22,156 nucleotides of DNA from Lentisphaeria bacterium. Lineage in GTDB: Bacteria; Verrucomicrobiota; Lentisphaeria; JABSQK01; JAWLHB01. The translations under genes and the position numbers were made by a program. Position 1 is the first letter of the stretch, and each line of letters starts with the position of its first letter. The stretch spans positions 62,001-84,156 of the forward strand of contig JAWLHB010000036.1 in the NCBI GenBank assembly GCA_041690595.1, in the 5' to 3' direction. The notes under the pieces were generated by a model. The model was given only the letters and a program-made list of their open reading frames with translations. It was not told where the DNA came from and did no database searches. Below, piece after piece: positions 17,009 to 22,156 of this stretch.

Positions 17009-17230
17009 ATGACCTTTCTTCTCGCAGTCAAACTCATCCTGGGCACAGTCGCGGCAGGCATGTGGCTGGCTCTTGCCATCGCCGCCTTCAAGCAATCTGT
17101 CGGCCAGGGGTTGCTGACGGTTGTCCTTCCCGGTTACGTGCTGTACTTCATGTTCATCCGGAGCCGTTGGGGCCCGGTCCTGCGCTTTGCCTTTGTCCTG
17201 GCAATCGCCGGAAACCGCCTCGCGGCCTGA
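17009..17230 (+). CDS. Small hydrophobic membrane protein (73 aa, 2-3 transmembrane helices)
   Basis: Almost entirely hydrophobic, with an AFKQSVGQGLLxxxLPxYxLY pattern. It fills the gap between a predicted promoter and the convergent kinase gene. Confidence 0.7.
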   Translation: MTFLLAVKLILGTVAAGMWLALAIAAFKQSVGQGLLTVVLPGYVLYFMFIRSRWGPVLRFAFVLAIAGNRLAA

Positions 17231-18001
17231 TCACGACGAGCTGTCGCGACTCGACTGGATGATGCGGACCCTCGGCGGTTCGGCCTTGGTCAACGCTTCA
17301 TCCGTCGGCACCGGCAACGTGACGCAGACGCATGCCCCGCCCTCCTCCAGATTGGCGATGGCGAGGCTGCCGCCATGCACTTCCGCGATGCTCCGACAGA
17401 TGGGCAGCCCCATACCGGTCCCCTGGCGCTCCTCCGGATCATGCAGCGAGGCGAACATCCGAATCGCGCGCTCTGGATCGTTGCCGGGGAAGCCGGGTCC
17501 ATTATCCTGCACCGCAATACGAAAGTTATCCCCCCGACGTTCACAACTGATGGTGATCTGGGGTCGTTCCCCGCCGCCATACCGCAGGCCATTCTGGATC
17601 AGGTGCTTGAAGAGGAGTTGCAGTTGCTGCCGGTCCGCGAGCACCTGCGGCAGCTCGCCGCAAGTCACCTCGCCCCCACTGCGGGCAAGCAGCTCGCTCA
17701 GCTCCCGCAGCGCCCGTCCGACAAGCTCCCCGCAATCGACCAGCTCGTGCGGCCGCGCCCGCGTCTTGAGGCGTGAATAAACAAGAAGGTCATCGAGCAT
17801 GTGGTGGCTCTTTTCGGTCGCCTCCAGGGCACGCTCCAGGTGGTTGGCATTCTCCGTGTCCAGTTGGTCGCCGCAGCGTCGCTGCAGGAATTGCAGGTTG
17901 TGCAGGATGGTGCGCAGCGGCGCCCGCAGGTCGTGCGAGACGACATACGCCAGCTCATCCAGCTCCGCCTTCGTACGCTCCAGCTTTTCATGCTCTTCCA
18001 T
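17231..18001 (-). CDS. Histidine kinase consisting only of HisKA and HATPase_c (no sensor domain)
   Basis: AGGAGG at 18008-18013 supports ATG 18001 (MEEHEKLER...). H-box FAY-like LAYVVSHDLRAPLR, N-box HLIQNGLRY, DNGPG and GTGMGLPIC...HGG. Confidence 0.9.
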   Translation of the reverse strand: MEEHEKLERTKAELDELAYVVSHDLRAPLRTILHNLQFLQRRCGDQLDTENANHLERALEATEKSHHMLDDLLVYSRLKTRARPHELVDCGELVGRALRELSELLARSGGEVTCGELPQVLADRQQLQLLFKHLIQNGLRYGGGERPQITISCERRGDNFRIAVQDNGPGFPGNDPERAIRMFASLHDPEERQGTGMGLPICRSIAEVHGGSLAIANLEEGGACVCVTLPVPTDEALTKAEPPRVRIIQSSRDSSS

Positions 18002-18027
18002 CTCGGGCCTCCTGGTGCTCGCGCCGT

Positions 18028-18459
18028 TCAATCGAACGGCAACTTGACGAATTCGAACCAGAATTTCTCGATCGCATCGACCAGTCGTTCGAATCCATCG
18101 ATACCCACTGGTTTGGTGACAAAGCAATTGGCGCCAAGCATGTAGGAGGTGTGAATATCCGTTGGCGCATCGGAGGTGCTCATGACAATGACGATCGTGG
18201 AGCGCAGATCGTCGCTGCTCTTGATCTCCCGCAGTACTTCGCGGCCATCCAGGCCCGGTATATTGAGGTCGAGCAAGACCAACTTTGGTCGCTCCACGTG
18301 CTTGAACTTCCCTTTCCGGCGCAGCAGATCGAGCGCCTCCGTACCGGAGGTCACCACGTTCATGCTGAAGCCGCCATGTTCCTTGAAGATCTCCTGCGCG
18401 AGGAAGATGTCGGCGGGGTCGTCTTCAACGAGCAGAATATGGTGCAGATGTTCCGTCAT
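18028..18459 (-). CDS. Single-domain response regulator, Rcp1-like
   Basis: ILLVEDDPAD, LVLLDLNIPGLDGREVL, STS, SYxLGANxFVTKP and a C-terminal FW, all typical of the Rcp1 subfamily. It overlaps the upstream kinase stop by 4 bp (ATGA). Confidence 0.93.
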   Translation of the reverse strand: MTEHLHHILLVEDDPADIFLAQEIFKEHGGFSMNVVTSGTEALDLLRRKGKFKHVERPKLVLLDLNIPGLDGREVLREIKSSDDLRSTIVIVMSTSDAPTDIHTSYMLGANCFVTKPVGIDGFERLVDAIEKFWFEFVKLPFD

Positions 18460-21056
18460 GCTGAGGGTATGCCTTGGGGCTTGGGGTCAACAGGAAGCGT
18501 GAAGTAAAACGCGGCGCCCTCTCCGGGAACGGACTCGACCCAGATGGATCCGCCATGGCGCTCCACAATCTTCTTGCAGATCGCCAGTCCGATCCCCGTT
18601 CCCTCGTAGCGATCCGCGGGCTGCAGGCGCTGGAAGATCACAAAAATCTTCTGATGATGCGCGGGATCGATCCCGATCCCGTTGTCCCGAACGCAGAAGC
18701 GCCAGTTGGCGCCATCCCGTTCCACGCCGATGTGTACCCGCGGCGGTGCCTCCCCGTGAAACTTGAGCGCATTGCAGATCAGGTTCTGAAAGAGCATCGC
18801 CAGCTGATGCGGGTCGCCACAGAGCGTGGGGAGCTCGTCGCACGTAATCACCGCCTGCTTGTCTTTGATGATGAGACTCAGATTCTCCAGCATCTCCGCC
18901 ACAAGCTGATTGCACGCCGTCGTCTCGAATGGATCGTTGCGGTTGCCTACCCGCGAGTACTCCAGAAGATCCTTGATCAGGCTCAGCATGCGGGTGGCGC
19001 TGGCTGAAATGAAGCTGACGATCTGCATCCCCTTGTCGTCCAACTGATCCTTGCAGCGGCGCTCCAGTAGCTGCGAAAGATTGTGCAGCTTGCGCAGCGG
19101 CTCGCGAAGATCGTGGGAGGCAACAAAGGCAAACTGCTCCAGCTCGCGGTTGCTCGCCTCGAGCTCCGCGGCATAGTGCCGCAACTGCACAAGCACCCGC
19201 TTGCGCTCCGTCACATCGCGGCCGATTCCCGAAATCAGCGCCGGTTCGCCCGTCTTCGGATCCTCGATCAACGTGAAGTTGACATGCGCCGGAAATTGCT
19301 TTTCCTCCTTCAGGGTCACCAGTTGCAGCTCGCTTTCGTGATGCCCGTGACTCATCGTCTCCGGCAGTATCTGCGCCGCCAGCCGCGCTGCGTCCGGCGG
19401 AGAACAGAAATCGCCGAAGGACTTGCCCAGCAGCTCGCTGACGTCGCGAATGCCGAGCATCTGGCGCCCGGCCGCATTCAGAAAGAGTATCTGCCCACCT
19501 GTGCCCAGGGTGACGATCAGGTCGTTGCTGCCCTGCACGATGGCGGCCAGGCGCCGGCGGTCCTCCTCGATCTGCAGCTGGTCCGTGATGTCGCGCGCGA
19601 CCACCATCGCGCCAACCGGTGCATGCATCTGGTCGCGAAGGGTCGTCGTGCTGACCAGCACCGGCAAGCGACCGCCGTAGCTGGTTATCATCATCGCCTC
19701 GACGCCGTCGATATCCATGCCGCTTTCGATCCGTTCCGAGATCGACGGCTGATCCGGGGCCGAGTCGAAGATGCGGGTAAGCGGTTGTCGGATCAGTTCA
19801 CCCAGATTGTACCCGAGCGTCTCCTGCGCCGCCGGATTGCAGGCGGTGATCGTCCCATGATTGTCCACCATGAGCAGGCAATCCGTCACGCTCCGCATGA
19901 TATGGTCGCTGCGATCCCGCGAATGAAGCAGCTCCTCCTGGCTCGATTGCAGCTGCGAGGCCAGACGGTTCACCGCTCCCGCCAGAAAACCCAGTTCATC
20001 CTCACGGTGCACCGGCACCCGCTGCTCCAGATAACCATTGGCAATGTGGGTCACCCCGTCAACGATCTCATCGATCGGCTTCACGATGTCGCGCGCCATG
20101 AGCCGCGCCGCCACCACCGCCACGATCAGGAAGAAGACAATGATGGCGAGCGAGTACTGCCGCATGTCGTAGAGCGAGCGGTTGAAGGATTGCTCCAGTT
20201 CGTGCGACGTCTCCTGCACGGGATCCAGTGCCACCGCGACCGACTCCACCGACTGCACCTGCCAGTCGAGACGCCGCGTATGCGCAAAGGATATGAGCAG
20301 ATCGCCCCGCCGCAGTGCGCCTCGCAGGCTTGGCTCACGCATCCCCGGTAGATCGGTGCTACCCTGAGCTACCGGGATCAGCTTGCCCTCGGCATCGATG
20401 CGCAAGGTTACGCCACCACCAGTCACGATGCTCAACCGCTGCCGCTCCTGCGGATTGGCCGCCTGCAGGATCGACGGCTGCACCGCCTCCACGTCGAAAC
20501 CGACCAGCAGCACCCCCCGCACGTCATGCCCATGCAGCCCGATCGGCAGAAACAAAATCAGCGTGATCGACTTGTCGTTCAGCGGCAGGGTGGCCGCCCC
20601 GGACAGCCCTCGCAACGCCGCCTCGATCTGCGTATGCATCAGTCCCGGCGCCGGCGCCTTCCTGACGCTCCCCTCCACATCGCTGCTCAGCAAGGTCTCG
20701 CCCCGGCTGTCGCTGATCATCACCCACTGAATGACCGGGTTCGTCGCCAGCAGCGCCTCCGCATGAGCCCGCATCATCTCCCCGTCCATCGTCTGGAAGC
20801 CCGGCAGACTGCCCGCCATCTGCAGCATGCTCTGCCAGCTCGCGACCCGTTCATCCAGACGTGCTGCGAGGCGCTCCACCACCGCCCCATTCTGGCGAAA
20901 AACCTGTTCGATCTGGATCTGCTCCAGATCCTCACGCACCTGGCCGGAAGTCTCCGCCGTCTGCATCTTGACCATGTAGAAGAGGACCAGCCCCAACACG
21001 ATCGGTGGCCCGGCCGCGATCAACACAAAGAGCATCATGATTCGTTGTGACAGCAT
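18456..21056 (-). CDS. Membrane sensor histidine kinase: TM, Cache-like periplasmic domain, TM, HAMP, PAS, PAS, HisKA, HATPase_c
   Basis: Two hydrophobic helices, HAMP (KPIDEI...REDELGFLAGAVN), two PAS domains (CNPAA..LGY; LNAAG..MLG), SNRELEQFAFVASHDLREPLR, QNLICNALKF, DNGIGI and GTGIGLAIC. ATG 21056 with GAGG upstream is preferred over the track's TTG at 21086. Confidence 0.93.
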   Translation of the reverse strand: MLSQRIMMLFVLIAAGPPIVLGLVLFYMVKMQTAETSGQVREDLEQIQIEQVFRQNGAVVERLAARLDERVASWQSMLQMAGSLPGFQTMDGEMMRAHAEALLATNPVIQWVMISDSRGETLLSSDVEGSVRKAPAPGLMHTQIEAALRGLSGAATLPLNDKSITLILFLPIGLHGHDVRGVLLVGFDVEAVQPSILQAANPQERQRLSIVTGGGVTLRIDAEGKLIPVAQGSTDLPGMREPSLRGALRRGDLLISFAHTRRLDWQVQSVESVAVALDPVQETSHELEQSFNRSLYDMRQYSLAIIVFFLIVAVVAARLMARDIVKPIDEIVDGVTHIANGYLEQRVPVHREDELGFLAGAVNRLASQLQSSQEELLHSRDRSDHIMRSVTDCLLMVDNHGTITACNPAAQETLGYNLGELIRQPLTRIFDSAPDQPSISERIESGMDIDGVEAMMITSYGGRLPVLVSTTTLRDQMHAPVGAMVVARDITDQLQIEEDRRRLAAIVQGSNDLIVTLGTGGQILFLNAAGRQMLGIRDVSELLGKSFGDFCSPPDAARLAAQILPETMSHGHHESELQLVTLKEEKQFPAHVNFTLIEDPKTGEPALISGIGRDVTERKRVLVQLRHYAAELEASNRELEQFAFVASHDLREPLRKLHNLSQLLERRCKDQLDDKGMQIVSFISASATRMLSLIKDLLEYSRVGNRNDPFETTACNQLVAEMLENLSLIIKDKQAVITCDELPTLCGDPHQLAMLFQNLICNALKFHGEAPPRVHIGVERDGANWRFCVRDNGIGIDPAHHQKIFVIFQRLQPADRYEGTGIGLAICKKIVERHGGSIWVESVPGEGAAFYFTLPVDPKPQGIPSA

Positions 21057-21228
21057 CGTTGACGGCCTCGTGCCATAGTCTCTCAAACCCTTTCCGAGCT
21101 GCGACGCGCCTTGTCAAATGTAGCGCATCAATCTGCCTTTGCGCAGCCCACTCCCCATAATTCAGCACTTGCCTCGTCGCCATCCACCTCCAATCCAAAC
21201 GACTTTCCACTCAATCCTGAAGCATTGC

Positions 21229-21257
21229 TTGAATCGGTGGCGTCCGATGAATAGATT
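21229..21257 (+). promoter_or_regulatory. Putative sigma70-type promoter for the divergent response regulator
   Basis: TTGAAT-N17-TAGATT, 84 bp upstream of the GTG start. Confidence 0.45.
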
Positions 21258-21340
21258 GAACTACTCACCAGCCGCTGTGTAGGGGCGGCTTTTCATGAGC
21301 GCGGGGGCACCTCATTCATCCCTAATTCGGAGAGCAGGCA

Positions 21341-21943
21341 GTGACCACCGATGATACGATTTCCACTGAAGCCGACCGACTGCGCATACTCCTGATTGAG
21401 GATAACGAGGATGATGTACAACTCTTTGTCGACCTGATCAGCGATCACGTCTCCAGCCCTATTGACCTCGCGCTCGCCTCCCGTCTCGACGAAGCGATTG
21501 CCGACATCAGGCAGGATCCCTATGACATGATCCTCCTCGACCTCTCCCTGCCCGACAGCGAGGGCTGCGCCACCTACCATGCGGTCCAGGAGGCCGCCGC
21601 CGGAACCCCCATCATCATCCTCACCGGCCTCGACGACGAGGCGCTCGCCCTGAAATCGCTGGGAGAGGGCGTCCAGGACTACCTCGTCAAAGGCAAGGTT
21701 GACGGCGCTTTGCTGATGCGCGCCATCCGCTACGCCATCGAGCGTCAGTCGCTGATTCACAAGCTCACCGAGGCCAATACCAAGGTAGAGCTGCTCAGCA
21801 CCATGCTCCCGCTCTGCCCCAGCTGCAAGAAGGTCCGCACCGAAGACGGCAACTGGACCGACCTCGAGCGCTATCTGCGCGAGTTCACCCAGACCAAGGT
21901 CAAGCAAACCCTCTGCCCCTCCTGCGGCCGCCACCTCCACTGA
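21341..21943 (+). CDS. Response regulator: REC domain, coiled coil and C-terminal Cys4 putative zinc-binding module
   Basis: GGAG RBS before the GTG. REC motifs ILLIEDN, ILLDLSLPDSEG, IIILTG and QDYLVKG. Tail LPLCPSCKKVR..G.W..LE.YL......LCPSC. Confidence 0.9.
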   Translation: MTTDDTISTEADRLRILLIEDNEDDVQLFVDLISDHVSSPIDLALASRLDEAIADIRQDPYDMILLDLSLPDSEGCATYHAVQEAAAGTPIIILTGLDDEALALKSLGEGVQDYLVKGKVDGALLMRAIRYAIERQSLIHKLTEANTKVELLSTMLPLCPSCKKVRTEDGNWTDLERYLREFTQTKVKQTLCPSCGRHLH

Positions 21944-22156
21944 TCCCCAGAACATGTGGAAGCTCAACGTGCGAGGGGTTCTCCGAACCGCGACTTGCGC
22001 ATTGTCATCCCCCCACCTGAACACAGTTACCCCAGCCTTCAGCCTCGACAGGGCCCTCAATGTGACGGCAATGTATGCCCATTGACTTGCAGAGTTTGGT
22101 TGACGAGGCCACCGTTTCTACGGCTTGCGGGTGTGGTGAACCGGCAAGTGGTGGAC

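Noticed and set aside
18002..18127. 42-aa N-terminal extension of the short kinase given by the ORF track
   Set aside because: It overlaps the response regulator by 100 bp in another frame, and a strong AGGAGG supports ATG 18001.
22127..22156. GCGGGTGTGGTGAA... resembling a tRNA-Leu 5' end, or GTGGTG direct repeats like mraZ operator boxes
   Set aside because: The D-stem cannot pair (GTG...GTG) and the sequence is cut by the window edge; two GTGGTG copies are too few to call an operator.

Overview
GC-rich bacterial chromosomal window. The gene set (PQQ-type beta-propeller, S1 sulfatase, cytoplasmic Ser/Thr kinase, FHA protein) suggests the PVC superphylum, e.g. Lentisphaerae-like; this is an inference. 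From left to right it holds: the 5' end of galE (minus strand, runs off the window); a DUF72 protein; a receiver-domain/Ser-Thr kinase fusion; a 608-aa glycoside-hydrolase-like unknown; a PQQ-like beta-propeller protein; an ~830-bp array of two repeat modules (81 and 63 bp) sharing a 13-bp anchor; a sulfatase; an FHA protein; thrC-priA; a ~720-bp non-coding mosaic of different short-period repeats and REP-like palindromes; a 1073-aa secreted protein with three near-identical 105-aa C-terminal repeats; a small membrane protein; and a two-component cluster (membrane PAS kinase, Rcp1-like receiver, sensorless kinase, divergent receiver with a Cys4 tail). No CRISPR array, rRNA, convincing tRNA or transposase was found. 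The best leads are the two non-coding repeat loci, the large repeat protein and the unusual phosphosignalling architectures. All family calls come from motif recognition by eye, with no database searches.
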